Below are positions 39,210 to 53,582 of a stretch of DNA of 64,000 bases, in pieces. The number at the start of each line of letters is the position of its first letter. Position 1 is the first letter of the stretch. Under the pieces are notes generated by a model, which saw nothing but the letters and a program-made list of their open reading frames with translations, did not search any database and was not told the DNA's origin. The position numbers and the translations under genes were made by a program. The DNA is from Octopus vulgaris (Eukaryota), in assembly GCA_951406725.2 (NCBI GenBank), contig OX597817.1, positions 174,282,001 to 174,346,000 of the forward strand, in the 5' to 3' direction.

Positions 39210-41250
39210 ATAATAATAATATGACAACAAAAGAATGAATGAGACCTCGATATTATGTAAATAGAGGAATTTTTCTGTAAATATAATATGTGAGAATTAG
39301 TTGGTTGTCATTATAAAACTCAGAGTTTCAGATACCAGGGCTGAAAACTGTTATGGCATCTCATCAGTTATTAAGACAAAATTCTATGAAAAAAAACTGT
39401 TAATTAAAGGTAAATTGCTCCAGTAGGCATGGTAAATGTAATACTTCATTCATAGAATCCACATATGCACACATATCTACACACACATGCATGTATGCAC
39501 ACACACACATGTATGCATATATGTATATATATCTATATACATACTCACACATGTGTGTACATATACATACAAACACACACATATACTTATATATGTCTAT
39601 GCATGCACGCACATCACTACGCTCATATATACACCTTTACACACATCCATAGTAGTTTATATGCACATGCATATACATACATGGAAAACATATATACAAA
39701 CACATACACAAAAACGCATGCATCAGTATGTTCGTATACACATCTCTATACACACATACACATACATACGTGGATATACAAAATGAACTCTATACGCACA
39801 TGCACATATATACGTGGATAGAAGTATATACAAATAAAAACACATGCAAATAAGACACATAAACCATAAAACATTCACCTTCACCACAAAACTTGAATAT
39901 ACGAATGAGTTATATATGTATATACACAAATATACCCTCATGTCTGACAAACACATCTACACTTCAGACATATAAATGTATATACATATATGTGTATATG
40001 AAGGAAGGAGATAAGTACAACAGGTAGTCTTGCACTCATATATATATATACAATCATTCGTACACATGTATATATGCATGCTCATATACATTAGGTATAT
40101 ACTCCATGAGTATAAGTTACATAATTATAAAGGGTGAAAAATAAGATACAGAAAATTATATGAAGTAATAAAATATATATAAATGTACAAGAGATGTTAA
40201 GACATATGAAAAGCTTGTACGTGGACATAATATAAAAAGCAGGTTCTATCTGTGATTGTGGGGTGTCCAAAAACGTAGCAAGTGTTTTGCCACATGTGGA
40301 CATGACCCAAACAGTTCAGTTCGTGAATTTAGACATGTAGTGGGGTCTAAAGAACTTTTCCAGATAAGCCATCTTTCCATATCACAATGACCACACTTTC
40401 CACTGCCATTGGTGTAAGGCTTAAACTTGGCCAAGATCTTCCAGTGAAATCTTATAGTTGACACCTTTTTCTTTTAAGGACCATGTATAACTGGATAATT
40501 CGGTTGTTTTCCTTTTATCCCAGTATCTGAAGCTTAAGGTGTGATTGTTGAACCTGGCTTTAAAATTTCCCTCTGTCAGACTCACATATTTCTTTGATGA
40601 AACTATGTCCTTAGTTGCTGTTGAGTCTATGGTGGCTCCATTTAGCGGGCACAAATTTTTAACTCTGTAGGAACAGCCGGCTTCATTTAGTTGTTTTTGT
40701 TTGTTGTGTTTGTATTTTTAAAGTTAGTAGTTGAACTAAAACTAATTTTTAAGTTATGCCTATTAAAAAGCTTTCTATAATTATAACTGATTGGAAAATG
40801 CCTATCTATAAGGAATGTGAAGTATCTACCTATATTAAAGGTCACTTTGGGGGAGTAAGGTGGTGTGAACCAGATAATTTTCCTATTCTTATTTTTCCTT
40901 TTCTTTGCTACTGGACTAATGACAGGTGTATAGGTTATTTCTTTGCTAAAACCACTATCTTTTAAAGCTTTATTATATATTGGGGCAACACTATTAAAAA
41001 TGTCCTTATCGGAGGAGAGGCTTGAAATTCTCTTGCTAATGTTTTTAACTAAATTCTTAAATATTATGGGGAGATGGCAGGAACCTACATTAATATAGCT
41101 AAGTCTATCGTTGGGCTTTCTATAGGGTTTGGAAATATTCTTATTTAAATCTAAAGATACATCTAGGAAGTTGACAACTGTCAGGTTGGTATCTATTGTT
41201 ACGCTAAGATTGAATATTTTTATCATTTGGATAATGTCCTTCCTAAACCT
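39210..41250 (-). mobile_element. 5'-truncated Penelope-like element, Naiad-like
   Basis: VNFLDVSLDL..KPYRKPND..YIN..H (RT C-terminus); IIWFTPPYS..LIDRHFP..LFNRHNLKISFS; CPLNG; YVSLTEGNFKARFNNH..TELSSYTW..WKIL..CGHC..E..LNSRTELFGSCPH. Frameshifted, with a downstream hammerhead. Confidence 0.88.
39305..39379 (-). ncRNA. Type I hammerhead ribozyme motif in a PLE 3' pLTR
   Basis: Minus strand: uugucuuaauaa-CUGAUGA-gaugcca..ugguauc-u-GAAA-cucugag-UU-uuauaaugacaa. Confidence 0.7.
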
Positions 41251-42028
41251 ATATATGTACATTATATGGACCCTCCTGTCATCAAACAACTGACGAGGGT
41301 CCTGTAATTTGTTGCTGAACAACCACACAAATGCTTTGTTTATGCAGGTCAAATGCTTGTGTTCACACTAACTCCATTGCTTTACCAGATTAACATTGCT
41401 TGTACAGGTACATAAGTGTGCTATGCATCATATGTTGAAATCTTCACAGAGAAACATTAAACGAAGTGTTTTGCTCAAGAACACAACACACCAACCAGTC
41501 TGGAAACGGAACCATGATCTTGTGATCATGAATGCAATGCTCTAACCACTCAGCCATATACAAGTATGTCTGTATAAGTGTATGTATAAGATTTTTGCCA
41601 AAGCACGATTGAGATCTACAGAATTTGATCCTTTAATGTAATGGTATATAGCTTTTTTTTTTAATATCTAGTATATAAAAGTAACACCAACATTTTTAGT
41701 AAAATTTTCTCCAAAACATTCAAATGTCATCTTATATTCTAGAATACATTATGTGTGTGCATCAGCCAACCGTATACCACAGCATTCCTCCAAAACAGCC
41801 CCCTCTTGTGAATAGCAAAGTGATGAATGAGAGTTGGCAAGCTATAGAAGAAGTACAGAGAATGTTGAACTAGTCAACTGGTTTAAGATTTTATGCTCTG
41901 AGTGATCTTGCATATTTCCATAGCTCAGTAAATGTCATTGAACTCATGAGTGTGGATCTATCGTGTCCATCTAAAAGGATGCACATGTATATGTGGGCAT
42001 ATATGTGTGTGCATGTGTGTAGATATAC

Positions 42029-42061
<33 letters not shown>

Positions 42062-42073
42062 CATATATATATA

Positions 42074-42110
<37 letters not shown>

Positions 42111-43129
42111 GTGAATATATATGTGTTTATATATATATATATAGTCCAACCCATGCCAGCATGCAAAACAGATAATAAATGATGATATATATATATATAT
42201 ATATAATGTACATACATATTGTGTACATAAACACAAACACGCACACACTTAAATGTAAAGGAGAAAATTTTTATTCCATTCAAACCACAAACCATTTTAT
42301 CTCGGTGCTAGTTTGCAGCCATAGCGTATGTATATACCTATTAAAGCAAAAAAAAAAAAAAGAAAAGAGAAAATATTTTCTTCGGTGTATTCTTGTGGTT
42401 TCTGAACCAAATGAAGATAGCTTGAACAGAAATTATTTCCTTATACATTGAAATTCAAGAATCACCAATAAATCTTATGATATGAAAAACAAACAAATCC
42501 ATTCACTGTTCTATCTGTCAGTCTATCTTCGTCTTTCCTTCCTTTTTTAATTATCTATCTGGTTGGAAAAAAAGAAGGAAAACTGGAATACATACATTAC
42601 TTCTCTCTTCCTTGTAATTTATGTCTTGTTGCCTTTGTAATTGAAAAACAGATGAGAACAACAATGACAAGGACACTGTTTACTCTGATTCGAATAAAAC
42701 TCAACATAACTCTTGTCTTGATCAGCTATACTCTAACTAAAGTGCACCTGGCTTTTTATCTCCAATTCCATCATGTATATATGTAGTTAGATTGATAGTT
42801 ATGGAGACAGAGACAGACGAGTGGATTGGTAGTTTGACAGAAATATCGATAGTTAGGCAGACAGATGTATATGCATCTGTGTGTGTGTGTAGCCATGGCT
42901 AAATGTTAAAAAGGTTGCTTCCAAGCAATGTTGTCTTGGGTTCAAACCCACTGAGTGACATCATGTGCAAATGTCTCTTGTTATAACTCCAGGTTGACCA
43001 AAGCTTTGAGAGCAGATTTGGTAGATCATAGAAATTTGTGTTTGAGAGAGAGAGAGAGAGAAAGAGAGAGTGAGTGTGTGTGTGTGTGTGTGTGTGACCG
43101 TTGTAAATTATCATAATCGTCACACATGG

Positions 43130-43305
43130 CCCATCCGGTGAAGCATGCTCATTTCCTTTCTGTAAAGCCTTCACATGTCTTTTGCACTGGAGGCCCATAT
43201 CTTGTTGCCACACCACAATTCGCTCATGATCTTCAGAGATAAGCTCTTTATTACCACCAAAGGTAACAACTGTCCTAACATTCACCAGCGTATTCTTATT
43301 CTAAC
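43130..43305 (-). mobile_element. Degenerate RTE ORF2 fragment
   Basis: Fragments such as IWASSAKDM*RLYRKEMSMLHRM resemble TWAVTAEDMCKLARNEASMLRWM at 26350. Confidence 0.5.
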
Positions 43306-44550
43306 CTCCACACTTTAGGAACATACACACCTACAATTAATTATTTAGTCACCTAGGTAGTAAGAGCTATCAGCTGCTTTTAGGGAGTCATCTGGGAGTT
43401 CAGGAGAATCTACTTCCTGAACACTCTTAGAAGTTACTGCTGCAGCGAACCTACTGTATCTGAAATCAACCTCCTTGGTTAATTCCACTACACTTCTTGT
43501 GTGTCTAGCATGTAGCTTAGTGGTTAAGGGTATTCAACTCCCAATTGTAAGGTTGCAAGTTCAATTCCTGCTGTTGCATTGTGTCCTTAAGCAAGACACT
43601 TTAGTTTTCATTGCTGCAGTCCACTCAGCTGACAAAAATGAACAGTACCTGATTTTCAAAGAACCAACTTTGTCACTTTCTGTGTTATGCTGAATCTCCC
43701 TGAGAACTCTGTTAAGCTTATGATTGTGTCTGTGGAGTGCTCAACCACTTGCACGTTAATTCATGAACATGTTCCTTTGATTGTATCAACTAGAATCCTC
43801 ATTGTTGTAACTGACAGAGTGCCAATCTTGTTTTTACTATTTTGCGCTCATGAAGAGGCTACTTTGCCGACTCCTGCTATGATTGGTGAATGGATTAAAG
43901 TTAGTTTTGTAAGATAAAGAAAAGTAAATGACTACAAAATTGTCATTTATTTCTTTTGATGGTAAAGAGATCAGCTTAAAGAGTTCCTCATCACTAATCT
44001 TTCCTCTTAGATACACCCATATCTACAGTGTCTGTGACATAATCTTCCAAATACAGAATGGAGCTTAGAACTAATTCTTCCTTATAATGTCCATCATTGC
44101 TAAATCTCCATCAACTTACAACTAAATTTCTTGATAGAGGATAGACACATTGGACAGTGTAATCCTAGATATAAATAAATATAAGATTATCACGATTGAA
44201 ATGTCACTGGCCATTGGTCCATTTGATCTTCAGCTGACCTTTGGCTAAACAACAGCAACCACACCATCATTGACCGTGTATGGCATCAGAATTGTCTACT
44301 TTTCAGTTACGATACTTCTTTTGTTGGTCTTTATTAGTTGCTGTTTATTTTACATCAATCATGGAAAGATGTAAAACAAAGATGATCAGGGTGGGATTTG
44401 AAACCTGGAACAAACTGATGCAATCAAATTACGCTAGATATCTTGTTCTACTCTATCACTTCTGACATACACCCACTAAGTTTTTCTTTCTATTGATAAT
44501 GGTATACATATAGATATACATGCATGCATGTATGGGGACACACACACACA

Positions 44551-44552
<2 letters not shown>

Positions 44553-44642
<90 letters not shown>
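44553..44642. repeat. (CT)n microsatellite
   Basis: Direct inspection. Confidence 0.95.
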
Positions 44643-44645
<3 letters not shown>

Positions 44646-44849
44646 TAGTAAAATCTACATTGCAGCCAAGTGGTTTCTGGTTCAGTCTCTCTGCATGGTA
44701 CTATGGGCAAATGTCTTCTGCTACAGCCCTGGGCTGACAAGTCTTCTGAGTGCAGTTGGTAAACAGAAAGTGAAAGAAGCCTGTTATATATATATATATA
44801 TATATATAAATATATCTGTGTATATACATACATATGTGTGTCTGTGTGT

Positions 44850-46130
44850 GTAGGAGACAGGTTAGGAAAAACTGGAAGAAAGGGGGAGGAAACAGTAAAC
44901 AGTATCAAATATCTAAAAGAGAAGATAGATATCAGGTGTACTTAGCATCTGGAGAAGCAGAGAGTAAAGAACTTGAATATATTCTGTAAGGTGAGGATCA
45001 GAGGCATAGAGTGTTACAAAGTGCAATAACAGGGCACCTAGAGAAAATTGAGACCTCATTGAAGAGAGGCATGTATGGAATGGTAATGACACACTTTTTC
45101 TGACACCAAAAAGAAAAAAAAAAAAATTATGGAAGTGCTATTACACAAGGTTGTTGAACGAAGAGGATGCATATGGGAGTAATGTTCTACTCTTAGTAAA
45201 CCAAATGGAACTCATCTATCAAAGCTGACAGTATTATAGTTGTAAGCATGAATATAGATCTGATTGCAGAGAAGACAGCTAGACTATTAAGAATAGTTGT
45301 CGAGGTAATTAAGATATACAGTGAAGTAGGTCACATACTAATCACTCATATTGTCAATCAGTTAACACAGAAGACTGCCAATGGTATTAGCACAGCAGTA
45401 TATTCATCAACAGCTAAAGAAGGAACAGCAATACACTAGAGAGAGGCAACTACAGGCACCAAGTTGTTGGACCTGATTATGAAAGCTATGAAAAGGGTTA
45501 ATGCACAATTGATTTGGAACAGAATTAGTTTGGATGAGATCCATTTTAAGTTTGTACCAGGAAGAGGTTCTATTAATGTCCTCTCTTGAGTAAGACAACT
45601 TCAGGAAAAGCATTTAGATATAATCCCTTATACTTGTTCCTCAGTTCAGGAAAGGCCTGGGCAGATTACTGACAGGCTCAATAATCTGGTGGGTGCTAAG
45701 GAAGCTGAGGGTCAATGACTGATTTGTGAGGGTTGTGAAAGCTATGTACAGAGGCACAGGCAGCTAGAGTTCAGTGATAAATTTATCATACATATAGGGG
45801 TGTATCTAGGCTCAGTTCTTACCACTCTCCTGTTTATTATAGATCTCTAGGTCATGCCAGAGTAATTTAAGACCAGCTCTCCATAGTAATTCTTCTACAT
45901 TGATGGCCAGGTTATTTTGGCTGAATCAGCAGATTTAGACAAGAAATTCAGAATTGAAGGGCCTCAAAATAAACTTAGCAAAAATTAAAGTTTTAGTGTT
46001 TGTAAGTAGGAGAGAAGGCCATCTGGGAAACAACCAGCTTGATATGAAAAAAAAAAAAAAGAATGGTTAGAAAGTTTATATGGTGTACCACATGTAAACT
46101 GTGGATGCTCATGCAATCACATAGTTTTAG
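44850..46130 (+). pseudogene. Highly degenerate RTE reverse transcriptase region
   Basis: Fragments FKFVPGRGS..VRQLQEKHL, IWWVLRKLRV..VKAMY, GVYLGSVLTTLLFII and GLKINLAKIKVL, with many stops. Confidence 0.75.
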
Positions 46131-47359
46131 CTTTGAAATTATTGTAGTGGAAAGTATCTTGTGCAATTGTCTTCTACCATAACCCCAGGCTAACCTACAC
46201 CTTGTAAGTGAAATTGAGTCATTGGAAACTGTGCAGAAGCCTGTCATACATGTGGTAAGAAGCTTGCTTCCCAACCACATGGTTTCTGGGTTCAGTCCTA
46301 CTGCGTGGTACCTTGGGTAAGTGTCTTCTACTATAGCTTCAGGTCGACCAAAGCCTCGAGAGTGGATTTGGTAGATGGAAACTGAAAGAAACGGCGGATG
46401 TTTATGGCAACCGAGGTCGTTGTTTATGTCCTGCATTGTAGTGGTTTGACAGATACAGAAAGATCAGCTAAGTACCAAAATGGAGGTAATAAATACTGGT
46501 GTGTGTGTGTGTGCATGTGTGTGTGTGTGTGTGTGTGCACTTGTGTATGCATGTGTATACACACACACACACACACGCCATAATCACTGTTTAACATCCG
46601 CCTTCCATGCTGGCATGGGTTGGAGAGTTTGACAGGAGCTGGCTATATATGTATATATGCATATATATGTGTGTATGTGTGTGTGTATGTGTGTGTGTGT
46701 GTGCGCAGATATGTATATGTGCACATATATATATATAAATGTGCGTGAATACATTTGTGTGTGTGTGTGTGTGTGTGTCCAATAAAATTAGAGATATTTT
46801 CACAAGATGCAAAACCTCATAAAGCTGGTAGTTAACACTTAACATCAACTCATTTAGCCTGTGATAATTGAGAACTAAAAACTCATTTAATAGTTTAAAT
46901 GTTGCCATTCAGCTATATTACGCTAATAGGTGATGAATCCCAGTAGAAATGAGACACCAATATATGTCGTAGGTAGTATCTCCTCTTAAAAGAACTAGGA
47001 ATTATTTCCTCTGCAACTATCTAAAATAAAGAATGTAGAATTAAATGGTGCCATTTAGAGGTTGATACATAATTAAATGATACACAAGCAATGTTGGCAC
47101 GTAAAAAGCACCATCTGAACGTGGCTGAAGCCAGTGCCCCCTGACTGGCTCCTGTGCTGGTGGCACGTGAAAAGCGCTATCCGAATGTGGTTGATGCCAG
47201 TGCTGCCTGACTGGTTCCTGTGCCAGTGGCATGTAAAAAGCACCCACTACACCCTCAGTCAACCCATCTAACCCATGCCAGCATTGGAAAATGGATGTTA
47301 AATGATGATGATGATAATGTATCTATCTATCTCTATGTCTGTTTGCCTGTCTTTCTATT

Positions 47360-47540
<181 letters not shown>

Positions 47541-48053
47541 ATTATCTATCCATGCATACATCTATCTACTCATCCATCCTTCCCTATCTCTATTCATGCG
47601 TGTGTGTGTGCAATGCAAAGCAGTATATAAAAACAACCCTTTTAGAACGTAATTAAAATTTGAAATGCAGAAATGTCAAACTGTAGCTATATATTTGTTT
47701 GATATGTTGATACAGAGTCAAATTGCCGTGCATGATCAATAGTGAGATTTCACTAGTCATAAAAAAAAAACTTGCTTCTAATGTTACATATATGTCTCAA
47801 GTATTGCAGATCAAATATACTTTATCAAATATACATTATCTAAATAAGATATGATCAAAGAAGATCTCTACAGAATCATCCAAAGATGTAGGTTAGTGGG
47901 TTAAGTTTCGAGTAACACATGGATAACTTGGTAAAAATAAAACTAAATTTAACGTGCAGAAGACCAATTTATTAGTATAATTATATATATTCTTTTATTT
48001 CTCATTTTACTGGTATCAATAATTAGACTACAGTCAGGTTGAGACACTATATA

Positions 48054-48736
48054 CAGGGTGTGTTGGGTAAATTGTTGTCATTTTATATTTTTAATTTCGT
48101 GCATGTGCATTGTTTGTTTTTGATTTTGTTGACTACACAGTATAGTAGGGTCAGTTGGGCACTGTCTGTGAGAAAAACTGCACCATGATGCAATTCAGAA
48201 ATTTAGAAATGACATGCTGTACTACTTGGTATTACATCAAGTGCCTGGAGGAGGTAGTGCTGCCCCGGGTCAAAAGAGTGACTGCTGGAAGACCCTATGT
48301 CTGGCAACAAGACTCTGCACCATGCCACACAGGCTAGAGAACCCAGTCATGGCTGTCAGACAATTTCTGCGACCACACCACCTCTACCATCGGGCCACCT
48401 AACTCCCCAGACTGCAAACCTCTTGATTATTATGTGTGGGGCTCAGTTGAGCAAGAGACCAATAAAACTCCTTGTAACACCAAAGATGAACTGAAGGCAA
48501 GGATTATGGCAGCATTGACCAACTTAAACAAGGAGACTGTCAAGAAGAGTTGCAGGAGATTCTGAAGATGTCTGGAGGGCGTGGTTGAAGTCAATGGTAA
48601 TTTTATTGAATAAATTTACTCTTTTGTATTTCAAGATATTTTAATATAATTTTGGTAAATATCTCTGTTAAAAAGAGATGTTAGTGTTATTTACATTTTT
48701 GCATAATTTAGATGACATTTTATTCACTGCATCCTG
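48054..48736 (+). mobile_element. Internally deleted maT (DD37D) Tc1/mariner element
   Basis: TA|CAGGGTG...CATCCTG|TA. Reads YVWQQDSAPCH..PPNSPDCKPLDYYVWG, with 37 codons between the last two Asp. Confidence 0.85.
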
Positions 48737-48935
48737 TATATGCATGGTAGGTTTTTTTGCAGTTTCCATCTATCAAATCTACTCACATAGGCTTTAGTTG
48801 TCCTGGGGCCATTGTAGAAAATATTTGCTTAAGATACCATATGGCTGGGAAGCAGATTTCTCATCCTCAGAGCTCCGCCTGAATCTCTCTTTCTCTCTCT
48901 CTCACACACACACTCTCTCTCTCTCTCTCTCTCTC

Positions 48936-48982
<47 letters not shown>

Positions 48983-49394
48983 ATATATACACACTTTGTA
49001 AAGTGTATGCAATAGAATTTGGTAGACAGAAACTTTTCAGGAGACTGTCATACATGCATATATATATATATACATGCACACACACACACACACACATTTA
49101 CATATACACATACACATATATACTCTCTCTTACACACACACTTGTTTGTTGGAATGTATATATGCATATATATATGAGTCTCAATGTCTGTGTTGATACT
49201 TATGTTCACAATGTAAAAACCGGTATTGTGTGTATTTATGTCCCATAACCTAGCAGTTCAGCAGTGATCAATAAAATTATTTCTGGATTTAAATAAGTTC
49301 TGAGGTCAATATAATACTGTGCTCTAGTATGGCTGCAGTTCAATGACCGTAACAAGTGAAAGAGAACATGCACATATCATGATGGATGATTATA

Positions 49395-49438
<44 letters not shown>

Positions 49439-49462
49439 TGCACACAAATATATATATATATA

Positions 49463-49778
49463 CTGTGGCAGCGCAATGGGCCAGTGGTTAGGGCAGCGGA
49501 CTCGCAGTTGTAGGATCGTGGCTTCGATTCCCAGACCGGGCGTTGTGAGTGTTTATTGACCGCAAACACCTAAAGCTCCACGAGACTCCGGCAGGGGGTG
49601 GTGGTGATCCCTGCTGTACTCTTTCATCACAACTTCCTCTCACTCTTTCTTCTGTTGGCCTGCTCCCTTAGCCAGTGGGGTGGCATCATTTGAAGGCTAA
49701 AACAATGCAAAGTGCATTGTGACCAGTGATGTGTAGCAACATCTGATAGCCTGGTCGGTCACGGTGATCATGGTGATA
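49463..49778 (+). mobile_element. tRNA(Arg-like)-derived SINE family C
   Basis: A box TGGGCCAGTGG, anticodon-like ACTCGCA, B box GCTTCGATTCC, tail (CACGGTGAT)n. A second copy lies at 52331-52600 (-). Confidence 0.8.
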
Positions 49779-50433
49779 TATATATATCCTACTATATATA
49801 TATATGCATATACACATGTACATTGTTCAGAACTTAATATTTGTATGTGGTCATCTTAGATTTCTAGTGTGCAGTCATCAATGTCTGGATATTAAGAATC
49901 TTTTGAGAAACACTTCTTGATCTTATTTTAACTGGATCAACCACTGTAATTTAGGTACCAGATGTTGATATTGCCAGATGTTGATATTGTGTGGCCCCAG
50001 GTCAACCCTGCTAGAATGGATCTGTGATCAGGAGCATTTTGGCTTCAGTATCCGGGGCTCTATTATTCAATGTGTCCTTACCTCTTTTTTTTTTTTTTTT
50101 TGTAAGATGGTAGAGTGAGGTGGAGATTGACTACTGTTTCTGACAGGTTAAGCAATTGTTTACAAGCCTCCTGTTCAGCTTTCACCAAGTATTGTTTTAA
50201 CACCATTGTTTTACTGGCTTTGTTTTTCTGTCGGAAGAAGTCAGTATGTTGTAGGTGTTGACTTTAAATAAAAAATATTTCCTGTTAGTGCAAAGTAATT
50301 TTCACTCTGGTCACTTGTCACTTTCACTTGCATCCTGTACGCATTAACTTTGTCTATGAATTTATACAATGGAAAGTGGAGTTCTCATTGACATGACAGA
50401 TACAACTAGTTTTGTTAGTGTGCTGATATATAC

Positions 50434-50471
<38 letters not shown>

Positions 50472-50513
50472 ATTATGTACCAACCTCTAAATGGCACCAT
50501 TTAATTCTACATT

Positions 50514-50553
<40 letters not shown>

Positions 50554-50689
50554 GTACAGGAGTTGCTGTGTGGTAAGTAGCTTGCTTACTAACAACATGG
50601 TTCTGTGTTCAGTCCCACTGCATGTCACCTTTGGCAAGCATCTTCTACTATAGCCTTTCCATGGGTTGGACCAATATATATATATATTC

Positions 50690-51083
50690 GTTTATTCTTT
50701 TATTTTTTCAGCCATTTGACTGCAGCCATGCTGGAGCACTGCCTTTAGTCGAACAAATCAACCCCAGGACTTATTCTTTGCAAGCCTAGTACTTATTCTA
50801 TCGGTCTCTTTGGTTGAACCTCTAACTTATGGGGATGTAAACACACCAACATCGGTTGTCAAGCAATGGTGGGAGGACAAATACAGACTCACAAACACAC
50901 ACACACACACATATGACGGGCTTCTTTCAGTTTCTGTCTACCAAATCCACTCACAAGGCTTTGGTTGGCCAAAGGCTATAGAAGAAGTCACTTGCTCAAG
51001 TCCACTTGTTCAGTAGGACTGAACCCAGAACCATGTGGTTAGTAAGCAAGGTACTTATCACACAACTGCTCCTGCACACACAC

Positions 51084-51135
<52 letters not shown>

Positions 51136-51540
51136 TTGTTTTTGTCATTTGACTGCAGCCATGCTGGAGAACCACCTTCAGGAGTTTTTAATCAACCAAA
51201 GCAATCCAATTACTTCTTTCTTTTTTAAGCCTGGTACTTATTCAATTGGTCATTTTGCTGAACTGCTAATTTATGGGGCTGTAAACATATGAACACCAGT
51301 TGTCAAGCACTTATGGGGGACAAGCACAGACACAAATGTGCATGCACATAACACACACACATACACACACGCACATATGGTAGGCTTCTTTCAGTTTCCA
51401 TCTAGCAAAATCACTCAAGGCTTTGATTGGTCTGAGGCTAAAGTAGAAGACACTTGCTTAAGGTGCCATGCAGTGTGACTAAACCCAGGCTATGTGGTTG
51501 GGAAGCGAACTTCTAACCATACACCTCCATCTGCACCTAT
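50690..51540 (-). mobile_element. Two adjacent SINE family A copies
   Basis: Copies at ~50690-51075 and ~51135-51540. Confidence 0.8.
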
Positions 51541-52622
51541 GCATTTATATTTATGTTTATAAACACACACATACACACACACACACACATGCACATGTGT
51601 GTGTGTGCATGCACACAAGCATAACTGTGTAATAAAGAATTTCACTTTGTAACCATGAGGTTTTGAGTTCAGTCTCACTGAGTGGCAACTTGGGTAAGTG
51701 TATACTATAGCTCCAGATTGACCAAAACCTTGTGAGCTAATTCAGTTTGTAGAAATTGAAAATAAGCCCATTGTATGTGTGTGTGTGTGTGCGCACACAC
51801 ACACGCACACACACACACATTTACACATACACCATGTGACCTATATGAGAGGACCTCTCAAGGTTAATATTTTAGTATTTGGTGTTCTAACAAGACATCC
51901 AGATTAAGTTTGATATTAAGGATTGCCTTTTGTTACTAATACTGGTTAATGTTCTGAAGATTAATCTCTTGGTTCTTATATCAGTACCCACCTATGTATA
52001 GGCATACACTCGCCTAGCACCAGTGCAGGTGGCACGTAAAAAGCACCCACTACACTCACGGAGTGGTTGGCGTTAGGAAGGGCATTCAGCTGTAGAAACA
52101 TTGCCAGATCAGACCGGAGCCTGGTGCAGCCTTCTGGCTTCCCAGATCCCTGGTCGAACCGTCCAACCCATGCTAGCATGGAAAACGGACGTTAAACGAT
52201 GATGATGATGATGATGATGATGATGCATATATATTTATTTATATATGTTTGTATATGTATATTTTATATGTGTGTTAATATTGATGAATCATCTATGTTA
52301 CTAACAAGATTATGAAGATTAATATATCTATATCACCGTGATCACCATGACCGACCAGGCTATCAGATGTTGCTACACATCGCTGGTCACAATGCTCTTC
52401 GCATTGTTTTAGCCTTCAAATGATGCCACTCTGCTGGCTAAGGGAGCAGGCCAACAGAAGAAAGAGTGAGAAAAAGTTGTGGCATAAGACTACAGCAGGG
52501 ATCGCCACCACCCCTTGCCAGAGCCTCGTGGAGCTTTAGGTGTTTACGGTCAATAAACACTCACAATGCCCGGTCTGGGAATCGAAACCGTGATCCTACA
52601 AGCACTATATATATATTATAGA

Positions 52623-53017
52623 GTCTAGGGAGAGTCATTCAGTTTTAATTAATTAATGCCTTATTAATTAACACACTCATTTACTTGTTTATTTGTAAAA
52701 AAATTTTCGTTACTTCTTGCAACCTCTTCAATAGTCGTTAACTCTGTCTGTTATCAGAATTGCATTCTTTTTGGTTGTTTGTTTATGCACATGTGTGTGT
52801 GTGTCAGTGTGCATATACACATGCACACTGACACACACACATGCACACAAACAAACAAAAAGAATGCAGCTTTGATAACAGACAAAGTCAATGACTATTG
52901 AAGAGGTTGCAAGAAGCAATGAAAATTTTAGAAAAAATTAGTAAGTAAATAAGTGGAAATCAAACCGGTGAGTGTGTTAATTAAGAAGACATTAAAACAG
53001 AATGACTTTCCCCAGAC
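52623..53017. repeat. ~190-bp-arm diverged fold-back element
   Basis: Arms 52623-52814 and 52821-53017. Shares GTCTGGGGAGAGTCATT, TAACACACTCACCGG and AATATGCTTCAACA with 35341-35465. Confidence 0.85.
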
Positions 53018-53196
53018 ACAATAAAATATGCTTCAACAGCCTTGTTGATGTCGGTTAAATTCCAATGAAAAAGCCTTGTTTATTGGCTAACAAAGCTCTG
53101 ATTAATTTTCCAGCCCTACCTCCATCTCTAGAGCTGAGTGAGCTTCATCAAGTACCTGTGATACCTATTTACAACCAAGTAGACTGGATTGTTGAG

Positions 53197-53582
53197 AATT
53201 AAATTGAAAAACGATGATGCCGTGGTGATCTCATTCTCACTCACAACATCGTAGGCGGAAAGGATAACCTCTCGAAAGAGCTGTTCTTCACTCCTGCTCC
53301 AGAGCGTGGGCTGCGGGGTCACTCCGAAAAGCTCTATCTACAACAATTTCATCTCAATCGAAGGAGAAGGGCTTTCTCTGTCCGGATTGCGGATCCGTGG
53401 AATAAGCTGCTGGACGAGATAGTGAAGATGCTGACGACCGCTCGGTTCAAAGTCTCTCTTGACCAGAAATGGCCTGCACTCTTTGTATGACCACCCTCCC
53501 TGTACATAACTCCCTGTCCCCCTACATGGCCTTGCTTTTGCTTTTTGAGCCAATAAAAATTAAATTAAATAAAATTAAAAAA
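53197..53582 (+). mobile_element. CR1-clade LINE 3' fragment
   Basis: LEKR*CRGDLILTHNIVGG..RGLRGHSEKL..RRRAFSVRIADPWNKL..FKVSLD, then a short 3' UTR and an (AAATT)n tail. Confidence 0.85.

Noticed and set aside
40246-40700. Selenocysteine recoding in the Naiad-like ORF
   Set aside because: The ORF breaks are frameshifts, and the visible Cys codons are TGT/TGC rather than TGA.
49463-49540. tRNA gene calls for A/B-box sequences
   Set aside because: They continue into SINE bodies and lack a complete acceptor stem or terminator.
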